Of a stretch of 64,000 nucleotides of DNA, positions 47,371 through 57,700 are shown piece by piece. Source of the DNA: Myxococcota bacterium (GTDB lineage: Bacteria > Myxococcota_A > UBA796 > CAJQPC01); the NCBI GenBank assembly GCA_036012755.1, contig DASCPX010000027.1, positions 303,510 through 367,509 of the forward strand, given 5' to 3'. Both the position numbers and the translations under genes were made by a program. The notes beneath the pieces are model-generated. The model saw nothing but the letters and a program-made list of their open reading frames with translations. It was not told the DNA's origin and ran no database searches. Within the stretch, counting starts at the first letter, position 1. Every line of letters begins with the position of its first letter.

Positions 47371-47951
47371 AGGGCACCTCCATCTGCGTGGCAGGCGACA
47401 CAGTCGGGCTGGAGGTGGCAGGTGCTGCAGGCGGCCGGATCAGCACGGGCCGCGATCCCGTGGATGCTGATCCAGCTGCGGTCGTGCACGTCGAAGGAGA
47501 TGGACTCCTTGTTCTCGTGGCAGTCGATGCACTCGGAGCTCAAGTGGCAGTCCTTGCACTGCAGGAGCCCCATGCGGCTCTGTCCCCCGTGGAGCTCCAG
47601 CCACCCGGCCCCGTGGCTCGCTGGTGGGGCGATCTGCTCGTGGCAGGTCTCGCAGCGCCCCGGGGCCTTGGTCCGCCGGTCGTCCGCCGGGTTGTGGCAG
47701 TAGTGACAGGCCTGCTCGGGCGGTCGGAGGAAGACCTCGTCCACCGCCTGGGGCGAGGCCGGTGTGGGCGCCGCCGCCCCCACCTGGTGACACGCAGTGC
47801 AGGAGAGACCCTCGCGCTTCAGGGCGCGCTCGTGGACCTCGTGGTCGAAGCGATCGAAGATCTGCTCTGAGTGCCCGGACAAGCTCGGGGCCGCGGCCCA
47901 GGCCAAGGGAGGGGCCAGGAGCAGGACCATCGCCGAGCTGCGCCACCTCAT
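47367..47951 (-). CDS. Heptaheme cytochrome c (c3/c7-like N-terminus)
   Basis: Signal peptide, FDHEVH, 7 CxxCH. Confidence 0.9.
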   Translation of the reverse strand: MRWRSSAMVLLLAPPLAWAAAPSLSGHSEQIFDRFDHEVHERALKREGLSCTACHQVGAAAPTPASPQAVDEVFLRPPEQACHYCHNPADDRRTKAPGRCETCHEQIAPPASHGAGWLELHGGQSRMGLLQCKDCHLSSECIDCHENKESISFDVHDRSWISIHGIAARADPAACSTCHLQPDCVACHADGGAL

Positions 47952-49078
47952 GGCAGGCTCACGACGAGGCCGGCGTTGCCTCGCAGATCGAAGCGATGGG
48001 TGGCGTCAGAGGCCGCCTCGACCCCGGCCTGGACGCGAAGCCGTTCCGTGAGCTCTGAGTGGACCTCGAGGCCCCCGGTCAGGACCGTGTCCCAGGGCTC
48101 GTGCAGCTTGCGATAGGGCACGACCGCCGCCGTGGCGTGCAGGCTCCGCGCGTCCGACAGGGACAGGGTCGCCCGCGCGCTCAGGGCGTGGAAGACACCG
48201 CCGGGCCCAGACCGGAAGGCGTAGGCAGGGGCGACGGTCCAGAGCCGAGCCCGTCCCGGCAGCCAGGCAACGTCGACGAGGTGGCCCCACTGACGCACCT
48301 CGTCCTCGGAGTGGGATGTGAGGGCGTAGCTGGTCCACAGGGTCGAGCGCCGAGCGCCTCGAAGACGCACGCTCCCACCGACCTGGTCGACCCCCTCCGG
48401 CGCAAAGGCGGCAGTGATGGCCTCGCCGAAGAGGGAGTCCGGGTCGAGCGCCTCTCTGTGCTGGGCGTGGATCGAGGCCCGCACTCCAGGGGTCAGCGAG
48501 CTCTCCAACGCGACCCGAGCCCACTGGACCGGGGCCTCCGGGCCGGTGACGACCAGCGCCCGGACCCCAGCCCGGTCGCCTCCCAGCCACAGCTCGCCGT
48601 CTGCATGGGGCGAGGACTCCACCCCCGCGAGACCACCGAGGCGGAGCCGGGCCGGTCCCTTCACCACACGAGCCTCGAGCCTCGCCATCGCCTCGCCGTC
48701 GGCGAGGTCGTCCAGGTCATGGTGCCGCGCCAGGCCCCCCCAGCCAGAGAACTGCAGCCCGCCCCTGGTCCAGGACAGCTGGGCCCCGTCCAGGCTCATC
48801 GGGCGCAGAGGTCCCCTCACGAGCTGGCGTCCCACCTCCCAGCTGCCCCATGTGGCCTGGGAGCTGGCGTTGAGCAGGTACAAGTCGGGATCGATCTCGC
48901 CGCTCCAGCTCAGGCCCGCGTAGCCCGACACCGCCACACCGTGGTGCTCGCTGCGCACTCGCAGGTACTCGCTGGCGGGGAGCTGGCGCTGACCGAGGAA
49001 GTCGTGGCGGACCTGGACCACGGTCTCGGACTCGGCGACCGTGGCGGCCGCGGCGGCACTCAGCAACGCCAGCATCAC
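47948..49078 (-). CDS. Predicted outer-membrane beta-barrel (porin of a porin-cytochrome cluster)
   Basis: Signal peptide, Cys-free, alternating amphipathic strands, VGRQ motif; sandwiched between multiheme genes with 4-bp overlaps. Confidence 0.7.
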   Translation of the reverse strand: MMLALLSAAAAATVAESETVVQVRHDFLGQRQLPASEYLRVRSEHHGVAVSGYAGLSWSGEIDPDLYLLNASSQATWGSWEVGRQLVRGPLRPMSLDGAQLSWTRGGLQFSGWGGLARHHDLDDLADGEAMARLEARVVKGPARLRLGGLAGVESSPHADGELWLGGDRAGVRALVVTGPEAPVQWARVALESSLTPGVRASIHAQHREALDPDSLFGEAITAAFAPEGVDQVGGSVRLRGARRSTLWTSYALTSHSEDEVRQWGHLVDVAWLPGRARLWTVAPAYAFRSGPGGVFHALSARATLSLSDARSLHATAAVVPYRKLHEPWDTVLTGGLEVHSELTERLRVQAGVEAASDATHRFDLRGNAGLVVSLP

Positions 49079-49824
49079 TCGGCCCCCCCGTGGCAGGAGG
49101 CCCCGCAGGGGACCTGCTCCGGTCCGTCTCCTGGCTCATGGCAACGCATGCAGACCGCCTCCCCCGAGACCGAGACGCCAGCGATGTGTCCGGACGGCCA
49201 GTCCTCCGAGTGAGGGTAGCTGGAGTGGCAGCGGGCGCACGCGACGCCGGAGATCCCACCGGTCCAGCTGGTGGCGTCGACAGGATCCGTGTGGCAGGCG
49301 ATGCAGTCCTCGGCGCCCTCGGCTCCCTGCTCGCCGTGGGCGCTCTCCCACCCCTCCGCGTGGGGGTACGACTCGTGGCAGGAGCTGCAGCCCACCTCGA
49401 TCGCACCGCCGAGGAGGTCGTCTCCGTGGCACGGGCCGCAGACGACGGCGCTGTCCGGTCGCTTCAGGGCGTAGGCGCCGTGCACCCCGGCCTCGGCCCA
49501 GCCCGCCGCGTGGGGGTAGCTCGCGTGACAGCTGGTGCAGCTCACCTCGCTCCCCTCGGCTTTGTGACAGCCCAGGCAGGTCTTCTGCTGCCCGTGGACC
49601 GAGCCCGCCACCCAGCCCTCGGCGTGGGGGTAGTGCTCGTGGCAGGAGGCGCAGGTGGGAGCCGTCGCCCCCTCGACGTGGCAGTCCAGGCAGGCCGAGG
49701 TGCCGAGCTCCAGGGCCAGGGCGCCGTGGCCTTCGTCGAAGCCCTCCGGGTGTGGGAAGCGGACCTCGCCCACCGGCTGGGGCGCTGGGTCGAGCAGCAC
49801 GCAGGCGAAGAACAGGACGATCAC
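49075..49824 (-). CDS. Decaheme-type cytochrome c lipoprotein built from internal repeats
   Basis: MIVLFFAC; 9 CxxCH plus terminal CGASCH; repeated CxxCHxxYPHxxxW. Confidence 0.9.
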   Translation of the reverse strand: MIVLFFACVLLDPAPQPVGEVRFPHPEGFDEGHGALALELGTSACLDCHVEGATAPTCASCHEHYPHAEGWVAGSVHGQQKTCLGCHKAEGSEVSCTSCHASYPHAAGWAEAGVHGAYALKRPDSAVVCGPCHGDDLLGGAIEVGCSSCHESYPHAEGWESAHGEQGAEGAEDCIACHTDPVDATSWTGGISGVACARCHSSYPHSEDWPSGHIAGVSVSGEAVCMRCHEPGDGPEQVPCGASCHGGAE

Positions 49825-51764
49825 GGGAACAGCCCCTCCCAGGCAGCCTGGAAGGCCTCGTGGGTGCTGCGTTCGCTGGGGTCCCCGGTTGGTCCCCTGA
49901 AGGTGCCGCCGGTCTGCTCGGCCAACCAGGCCCCGTAGGCGTGGCAGTCGGCGCAGGCGTGGGTGGGGTAGTCGCCTGGAGGCAGGGTGTCGGCGCCAGC
50001 CTCGTCGAAGGCCGAGAGCGTCTCCTCCGGCGCCAGCGCCACGAAGAGGTGAGATGACAGGTCACCGGAGCCAGAGAGCTCGTGGAAGCCGACTCGCGCA
50101 GCGGTCTGCGGCATGTGGCAGCCGGTGCAGCGCCCCTCCTCCGTGGGGCCGTCCGGGTCGTAGTCCCCGTGGCCGTCGTGGGCTTCGAGCGCCTCGCCCT
50201 GGAAGTCCGGCACCACGTGGCAGGCCTCGCAGAGCGAGTTGTCAGTCGAGGACGAGCGCAAAGAGCCGTGCTCTCCGGTGCCGTGGACCGTGTGGCAGTC
50301 GAAGCAGGCTAGCGACGCGTGCTTCGAGAGCGCCGCCTCGTCGGACTGCTGGCCCGGAGCCGCGGCAGCCCCAGAGGGCCAGAGGGTCGGGACGGAGCTG
50401 GCGTGGTCTTCGAGCTCCGCGCCCGGCTCGTAGAAGCCGAACTCGGTCGACAGGGGGAAGGGCAGGCCGCTGCCGTGGCCCTCGAGCGCGCCGTGGCACT
50501 GTCCGCAGACTCCGGCGGCGCGTCCGGCGTCGAGCTGGTCCGGACGCGTGATCGTGTCGGCCTTGTCCGGCTCGGAGGCGGCGATGTGGGAGGAGGCGGG
50601 CCCGTGGCAGCGCTCGCAGCCGACGCCGGTCTCGATCCAGCGGTCCCCGGAGCTCGAGCTCATGTCCACGCCGCCCTCGGCGTCCACCTCGAGATCGAAG
50701 CCCGTGGAGTGACAGGCAAAGCAGCCGGCCTCGGCCGAGAGCTCCGCCGCAGGGCTCGTCTCCTCGTCCACGAGGAACTCACCGGCCTCGTCGAACCAGC
50801 GCTCGGCCCGCCAGGCCCGCGGGGCGCTATCGGCCCAGCCCTCACGCTCGCTGTCATCGGGAGTCCAGGCCACCGGCAGGGGCCAGGCCTCATCGCCGAG
50901 CTCCGTGTAGGGGATGCCCGAGGACGAGCCCAGCCAGCCCGCCACCTCGTAGTCCCGGCTCTCGCCGCTGGCCGCTGACAGGCGCACGACGGGGTCCTCT
51001 CCGTCCATCCAGAGGGTGGCGCTGGCTTCGCCGAGCTCCACGACCTCGCCTGACTCGAAGAGCAGCAGGCGATCCTCGCTGGTGGCCTCCTCCAGGGCCT
51101 GGGCGTGGGGGCTGGGACTCCAGTCGCGCAGGATCTCGTAGTGACAGGCGACGCAGTAGCCGGAGCCGACCACCACCGAGTCACTCCGGGGTCGCCCACC
51201 GAGCGTCGCCACCAGCTGGACCGCGCCCTGCTCTGGCACGGTGACGTCCCAGAAGCGCCTCGACCAGTAGCGGTCATCGCTGACCTCCAGGTCGACGATC
51301 TGCCCACCGAGTCCGGGAATCCAGGCCGACCCTGCCTCGTCCGACCAGGCCGCGCTCCCGTCGCTGGCGACCACCAGAGCGCCCTCTACGGGCTCGCCGG
51401 CGGGGTCGAGGACCTCGACAGCCACTCCGCCGTCTGGCGAGATCGCTGGCGACAGGCTGATCTCGAGGTGGCTCCCCACCTCGACCCAGTCGGTGGTCGT
51501 GGCCTCCATGCCCTCGGCGACCGCCCACACCCGGAGCTCGCCTGGGGGCAGCAGGGTGAGCTCGAAGCTGCCGTCGGCTGCCGAGACGGCCTCGTAACCG
51601 TGGGGCTCGCTGGCCAGCTGCGCACCCTCGACCGGCAGACCGGCCTCGTCGGTCACGACCCCACTGAGGGTGGCGAGCTGGTCCCGCGCCGGGTGCACCG
51701 GAGCCTCGTCGCTGTCCCAGCCGACGGTCGGCACCGAGCAGGCCTGGATGAGTCCGAGCAGCAT
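49821..51764 (-). CDS. Octaheme cytochrome c lipoprotein with N-terminal carboxypeptidase-regulatory-like domains
   Basis: MLLGLIQAC; SGVVTDEAGLPVEGA; 8 CxxCH including GVGCERCHGP. Confidence 0.9.
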   Translation of the reverse strand: MLLGLIQACSVPTVGWDSDEAPVHPARDQLATLSGVVTDEAGLPVEGAQLASEPHGYEAVSAADGSFELTLLPPGELRVWAVAEGMEATTTDWVEVGSHLEISLSPAISPDGGVAVEVLDPAGEPVEGALVVASDGSAAWSDEAGSAWIPGLGGQIVDLEVSDDRYWSRRFWDVTVPEQGAVQLVATLGGRPRSDSVVVGSGYCVACHYEILRDWSPSPHAQALEEATSEDRLLLFESGEVVELGEASATLWMDGEDPVVRLSAASGESRDYEVAGWLGSSSGIPYTELGDEAWPLPVAWTPDDSEREGWADSAPRAWRAERWFDEAGEFLVDEETSPAAELSAEAGCFACHSTGFDLEVDAEGGVDMSSSSGDRWIETGVGCERCHGPASSHIAASEPDKADTITRPDQLDAGRAAGVCGQCHGALEGHGSGLPFPLSTEFGFYEPGAELEDHASSVPTLWPSGAAAAPGQQSDEAALSKHASLACFDCHTVHGTGEHGSLRSSSTDNSLCEACHVVPDFQGEALEAHDGHGDYDPDGPTEEGRCTGCHMPQTAARVGFHELSGSGDLSSHLFVALAPEETLSAFDEAGADTLPPGDYPTHACADCHAYGAWLAEQTGGTFRGPTGDPSERSTHEAFQAAWEGLFP

Positions 51765-51848
51765 CGCGCGGGAGCATACTTGCTGAGGGTGGCGTCGCCC
51801 CGCCGGAGTCCTCGATCCGCTACATTGCCACACCTGACCGGAGCGACC

Positions 51849-52736
51849 TTGTACCTGACACTGCTCACAGCCCTGGCAGCCGAAGCTCCGCCCATCGTCG
51901 GCGGAGAGAGGACCGGCGACTACCCGGCGGTGCTCCTGCTCTGGACCGGCGACGCCACCTGCACCGGCACGCTCGTGGCTCCCAATTGGCTCGTCACCGC
52001 TGCCCACTGCGTGAAGGGTGGCGACCCGGACAAGATGAGCGTGCACGTGGGCAAGAGGCCCTTCGCCGGCTCCGAGGAGGCCTCCAGCGACGTCACGGAG
52101 CTCTTCGCCCACCCCGACTACCGGTCCAACATGAGCAAGGGCATGGACGTCGGGCTGGTCCACCTCGCCACTCCGCTGGAGTCGGTCGTCCCCATGCCGC
52201 TCACGAGGGCCACCATCGACAACAGCTGGGAGGGCCGCGACGTCCGGTACGTCGGCTACGGCGTCACCTCGGAGACCGCCAACGACTCGGGGGTGAAGCG
52301 CACGGTGGTCGTGCCCTTCTACCAGCTCGACGAGCACTGGATGTACACCTACGACCCTGGCCACAACATGTGCTGGGGAGACTCGGGCGGACCGGCCTTC
52401 GTCGAAGAGGACGGCGAGCTCGCCGTCGCCGGGATCATCTCCTGGGTGGGCAGCTGGGACGACGAGGATCGGCCCTGCTCCACCGGCTGGGGCAGCTCCA
52501 CCCGCATCGACACGGTGCGGGACTGGATCGACGGCTACGTCACGGTCCGCTACGCAGAGGACACCGGCTCCGCCGAGCCCTGGGACACGGCGCCTCCACC
52601 ACAGGACAGCGATCCGGTCGTGGAGCCGAAGGGCCCACCGGATGACAAGGGCGGCATCTGCGGCACCCTGCCCGGAGCAGGCAGCGCCATGCTCGGGCTG
52701 CTCCTGCTCGCCGGGGCCCGGCGTCGCCGGGGCTGA
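51849..52736 (+). CDS. Trypsin-like S1 serine protease with MYXO-CTERM-like tail
   Basis: IVGG, CTGTL, TAAHC, DVGL, GDSGGP; C-terminal GGICG..LLLLAGARRRR. Confidence 0.9.
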   Translation: MYLTLLTALAAEAPPIVGGERTGDYPAVLLLWTGDATCTGTLVAPNWLVTAAHCVKGGDPDKMSVHVGKRPFAGSEEASSDVTELFAHPDYRSNMSKGMDVGLVHLATPLESVVPMPLTRATIDNSWEGRDVRYVGYGVTSETANDSGVKRTVVVPFYQLDEHWMYTYDPGHNMCWGDSGGPAFVEEDGELAVAGIISWVGSWDDEDRPCSTGWGSSTRIDTVRDWIDGYVTVRYAEDTGSAEPWDTAPPPQDSDPVVEPKGPPDDKGGICGTLPGAGSAMLGLLLLAGARRRRG

Positions 52737-52742
52737 GGATCC

Positions 52743-53747
52743 TCAGCCCCCGAGTTCGCGATCCAGCTTGCGGACACGCTCGGGAGCGCCAATGACGATG
52801 ATCACGTCACCTGCGCGCACGACCGTGTCGGCGTCCGGCGTCGGGACCAGGTCGCCGTCCTTTCGGCGCACGGCCGCGACGAGCACGCCGTAGCGACGGC
52901 GGACCTCCAGGTCGCCCAGGGACCGGCCGGCCCAGGTCCCTTCATCGATGTCGATCTCGTCGAGCAGGATGTCGTCGTGCTGGGCCAGGGTGGCGATGTC
53001 CAGGAAGCTCGAGGTGTGGGGACGCACCAGGCCGTGAGCCATGCGCCAGCCTCCCATCGAGTGCGGGCTCACGACGCCGGTGGCTCCGGCTTTTCGGGCC
53101 TTGACCGCCTGGCCGTCGTTGTCCACGCGGGTCAGGATGGGCAAGCTCGCGTTGAGCTGTCGCGCGGACAGCGTGATGAACACGGCCTCGGCGCCAGCTG
53201 GTGTCGTGACCGCGAGGCCCCGCGCTCGCTGGATTCCCGCCAGCAGCAACACCTCGTCGTCCGCGCCGTCCCCCTGCAAGGCCGCCTCGGGTCGGCTCGG
53301 CTCGTCGAGGATGGCCTCGTGGGCGGCCCGCCCCCTCTCGACGACGCACACGGCGTGGCCAGTGGCCCTCAGCTCGGCTGCCACGGCCCGCCCCAGCCGG
53401 CCGTAGCCGACGACGATGTAGTGATCACTCAGTGCATCCAAGGCCTTCCTCCTCTTGCGACGTCGCCAGTCCCGCACGACGTCGCCCTCGAAGATCGCGC
53501 GGGTGGCCGCGGTGAACGTGAACGTGACCAGGCCGAGTCCGCTCAAGATGAGCCCGATCGTGAAGACCCTGCCCAGCGGACTCAGGGGCTGGACTTCGCC
53601 GAAACCGATGGTCGTCAGGGTGATGACCACCATCCACCAGGACTCGAGCGGACTCCAGCCCTCGATGAGCACGTAGCCCACGACACCCACCACCTGCACG
53701 AGCCCGAGCAGCACGAAGGCCAGGACGAGCTTGCGGGTGAGTGTCAT
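52743..53747 (-). CDS. Potassium channel protein with TrkA-N/TrkA-C (RCK) domains
   Basis: TLTTIGFGE filter, GYGRLG Rossmann motif, C-terminal RCK-C. Confidence 0.92.
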   Translation of the reverse strand: MTLTRKLVLAFVLLGLVQVVGVVGYVLIEGWSPLESWWMVVITLTTIGFGEVQPLSPLGRVFTIGLILSGLGLVTFTFTAATRAIFEGDVVRDWRRRKRRKALDALSDHYIVVGYGRLGRAVAAELRATGHAVCVVERGRAAHEAILDEPSRPEAALQGDGADDEVLLLAGIQRARGLAVTTPAGAEAVFITLSARQLNASLPILTRVDNDGQAVKARKAGATGVVSPHSMGGWRMAHGLVRPHTSSFLDIATLAQHDDILLDEIDIDEGTWAGRSLGDLEVRRRYGVLVAAVRRKDGDLVPTPDADTVVRAGDVIIVIGAPERVRKLDRELGG

Positions 53748-53813
53748 CAGACCCCGAGTAGCGCTTTTCGCTCCCGCCGGTGTCCACAAGGCGGGCAGGA
53801 CGAGGAGAGAGCC

Positions 53814-54704
53814 ATGACGTTTCTCATGATGTTGGCGTGCGCGGGCCCCAACGGCGAGTGGGCCGAGGACCTCTACATGGGCACCCACACCCGCCTCACG
53901 CTCGACGCCAACGCGCTCTGCGCGGGGGTCTCCTGCGCCTGGGACGAGGTCCACGAGATCATCGAGGTCGTCATCGCGGATCCCGACGTGCTGGAGGCCG
54001 AGATCGCCGGCTCATCGACCGTCGATGTCGTCGCCACGCGACCAGGCACCTCCAAGGTCACCATCATCGGACTGGACGAGGAGCAGCAGGTGGCCGAACG
54101 CTACGTCGACATCACCGTCGCGCCGATCGAGCAGGCCCCGCTCTACCCGCGCTGCAACGTGCACGCTCCTGACGAAGAGGTCTACATCCTTCCCCCCGAG
54201 ACCGAGCTCTTCGTCGCCTGGAACCTCTGGGGAGACGACTACATCGAGCTCGAGGGTGACCCGGGCATCCGCTTCGACGACTTCGGGGTCATCGACCTCG
54301 ACACCGAGGAGCAGATCGCGACCCTGGTGAGCCCGGCGGAGCCCGGCGAGTACGTGCTGGAAGCCGACGCGCTCATGCGCCCGATGGCCTCCTTCGAGGT
54401 CCACGACGGCGAGTACGACGGGCTCGATGCCTACGCCCTCTTCGGCGAGGTCGTCGAGATCGGCGACAGCGTCTGGATCGAGACGGCCCTGCAGCTCGAC
54501 GGCCGCAACCTCTGCATCGACGAGTCCCCTCGCGAGATCACCGTGCTCACCCCGGATGTCTGCAGCCTCCACCCAGACACCAGCGTCACCGAAGCGACCA
54601 TCGAGGACCCCACCTTCCACGCCTACGCGGTGGCCTCTGGGGACTGCGTCCTGACCGTCGAGGCAGAGGGTCACAGCGCCGAGATCAACGCCATCGTGCT
54701 CTGA
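53814..54704 (+). CDS. Hypothetical acidic lipoprotein, Ig-like repeats
   Basis: AGGAG RBS, MTFLMMLAC. Confidence 0.75.
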   Translation: MTFLMMLACAGPNGEWAEDLYMGTHTRLTLDANALCAGVSCAWDEVHEIIEVVIADPDVLEAEIAGSSTVDVVATRPGTSKVTIIGLDEEQQVAERYVDITVAPIEQAPLYPRCNVHAPDEEVYILPPETELFVAWNLWGDDYIELEGDPGIRFDDFGVIDLDTEEQIATLVSPAEPGEYVLEADALMRPMASFEVHDGEYDGLDAYALFGEVVEIGDSVWIETALQLDGRNLCIDESPREITVLTPDVCSLHPDTSVTEATIEDPTFHAYAVASGDCVLTVEAEGHSAEINAIVL

Positions 54705-54709
54705 GGGTC

Positions 54710-57700
54710 CTACCTGCGGAAGGTGTGGTGGTTCTTGCAGTCCCAGGTGCGTCCGTCGCCGCAGACCTTGTAGCGGGAGTCGGCGCTCTTGGGTGAGACC
54801 CAGTCCTCCAAGCCCTCCTCCTGCCATCGGTAGGGGAAGGGAACGCCGGGCACCGCCTGGTAGATGGCGACCTCGTCGAGGGTGCCGTCCGTGCAGCCCT
54901 CGAAGGCCAGCCGGATGGCGACTTCGGTCTCGGACTCGGGCACATCGGCCCTGGCGGTCGTGACGTCGAGGCGGTCGACCACGACATCACGCACCTCTGC
55001 GGAAAAAGAGCTCGTGCCCAGCACAGAGGCGTTCACGACGCAACCCGCTGGCAGCTCCGTGTGGAAGCGCACGAGGAGCTCCTTGGGCCACTCGCTGTCG
55101 AGCTGGACCGTCGGGCTGTCCCAGACCGTGGTCGGCCCCAGGCGCAAGAGCGCGCCAGTTTGGGGCCATGTGAAGTCGCTCTCCTCGAGCGCAGCGCCGC
55201 TCACGGTCCAGGACTCGACACCCCCGGGCAGCGCGGCGTCCTTCGAGATGAGCCAGTCGTCGACCAGCGCCCATCCGGGCTGCCAGAAGTAGTGGCCCGC
55301 CTGGCGCATGACCCGCGGCCCCTGCCGGTCGGTGCCCCAGGCGAAGTGGGCCACTCCGGGCACGTCGAAGCCGTGGGTGCGGCCGGTGCCCGCGGCCAGG
55401 GCGGCCCAGGCCCTGGCGTTGTCGGGGTCCCAGGCGCTGGCGCCGATCACGCCGAGTCCGGCGCCCGTGAGATCCCGGACGAAGCTCATCAGGGTCTCGT
55501 GGCCACCGTCATCCTTGCCGACCCGGCGCACGTCGTAGTGCCACCACGACAAGAAGACCGTGGAGGCAGGCACGAAGTCCCGAGCCCCGGAGGTGCCTCC
55601 GACGAAGCCGCCGTGGGGCACCTGGTAGGCAGCGCGACCGGGTATGCCGCCCTCGCTGTCCCCGCCGTTGTGCCAGGGAGTGAACATGTCCCCGGAGACG
55701 AGCAGCCGACGCTCGCTCACCGTCTCGGCGCAGACGCAGGGGGCGAAGTCTCCGCTGAGCGGGTCCGCGAGCATCGAAGAGCAGTCCGGGGCCTCGGCGC
55801 AGCCCCCGCTGTTGTCGCAGAGGGCCTCTTGCACGCCGCAGACGAAGCTCCCGAGGGTCTCCGAGGCGCTCGTCTCGTAGTAGCCGGCGCTCGCCCGGTT
55901 GAACCCCCTCGCCTCTCCTCCAAGATCCGAGATGCCGACGAAGTCGCTGTCGACCCCGTGGTCCGAGAGCGCCTTCAGCTGCCCCGCGGGCCCGTGTTCG
56001 TGCTCCCACCACCCTGACTCGTAGACCCCCGGCGCGTAGGTCCAGTGGGACTGGCGGACGGAGAGCCCGGGCCACAGCCCAGCGTGGATCCAGGTGCGGT
56101 AGGAGACCTCGACCAGCTCCCCCTCCGAGGCGCAGGCGGGGTCGATCTCGATGCTCCCGAACGGCCCGAGGGGCGCACCATGGGCGTCGAAGTAGCTCGC
56201 GACGCTCAAGGCGCCCTCGAAGCCCGCCTCGACGGTGATGCAGTCGCCTCCGAGCTCCTCCTCTCCGAAGACACGGACGCTGGAGGCGTCGATGCGAGGC
56301 AGCTGAGCGTCGACCTCGAAGAGCTGGATGTCGTCGACGTAGAGCTTCGAGCCCGGCCGCCCGAGCAGCTGCAGGTAGGCCTCGGTCACCCGGTCATCGA
56401 CCAGCGGCACCCGGTAGACGAAGGAGAACCGGACCCACTCGGCGTCCCGCGACAGCGTGTCCCCCTTGGCGGTGAGGTAGTCGCTGTCCTCGCGCTTGGT
56501 GTTCAGGGGGGCGACGTCCAGGGCGTTGGTGATGCCCTCTGAGTCCTTCACCACCACCTTGACGCGCAGATCCTGGGTCTTGGTGACCAGGGCTCGGAAG
56601 GACAAGGCGTAGAGCCGACCGGCGTAGGGCTCCTCGATGGGCATCGGCACCCGGATCGCCGGGTTCGCGCAGGTGGCATCGGGCTGCAGCGCCAGGCCCC
56701 GCAGCCCCCTGACCTCGCTCCAACACCCCGCGACCTGGCAGGCGCCGAGGGGCTTGTCGCACTTCCAGAGCTCGGTGGGCAGCTCCGTCTTGTCGGTATC
56801 CCAGCGCGGAGTCACGGCCTTCGGGGCCGCAACGTGGCCCTCGGCGTCGAGGTCCTCGCAGTCCTCTGCGAGGAACAGCCGCCCCTCCAGCGCGCAGACC
56901 TGCATCTCGCGAGGGAGGACGGAGAACCCCTCGGAGAGCGTGACGTCGCCCTCTGCACCCCAGAGCTCGTAGGGGTCCTCCAAGCTCAGGGGTGGTCCGG
57001 CGATTGGGGTGTCACCGACCCGGGTCTCCAGCCCGAAGACCGAGGGCACGAGCTCGACCCCGCGATCCCCGAGGTAGCGGTCGAGCTCGGCGTAGAGGAG
57101 AGCCCCACCACAGCCGGTGAGGTCCTGCAGGGTCGATCCGGTGGCGACCGGGTAGCCCTCGTCGAGGGCGTGGGTGAAGCGCCCGGACACGAGGGTGTCG
57201 AGCCGGACGAGCACGTCGTTGCATGTGCCCACTCCGCGCTCGCAGCCGATGGTCGCCGCCCAGAAGACCGAGGTCTCGTCAGGCTGATCGCAGGTCCCGA
57301 GCTCGACGCCCACGATGTTGGGGACGAAGTGAGCGTTCATGGTGCCCTTGAAGGAGGCGAAGCCCATGCGCACGTCGATGGCGGGGTGGTCACTGACCGT
57401 CTCGGGGCACCAGGTGACAGCCTCGACCGGGCTCCAGCCACCCCTCCAGCAGGAGGCGTCCCCGAGGCAGCTGCCGTCGTAGTCGCTGCACTCGTTGCGG
57501 GCGGTGAACTCGGAGTGCGGGTCCGGAGCCCAGGCGCCGTCGACGGTCTGCACGTGGTCGAGGCTCTGGAGCCAGGCCATCGCCCCGTAGACCAGCCCCT
57601 GCCTCGTCCCGCCGGCGATCAGGATCCCGTCCCTGCGCCAGCCGATGACGTAGCCCTGCTCGTGGATGTCCGTGAGCGAGACCTCGAAGTGATTCTCGAG

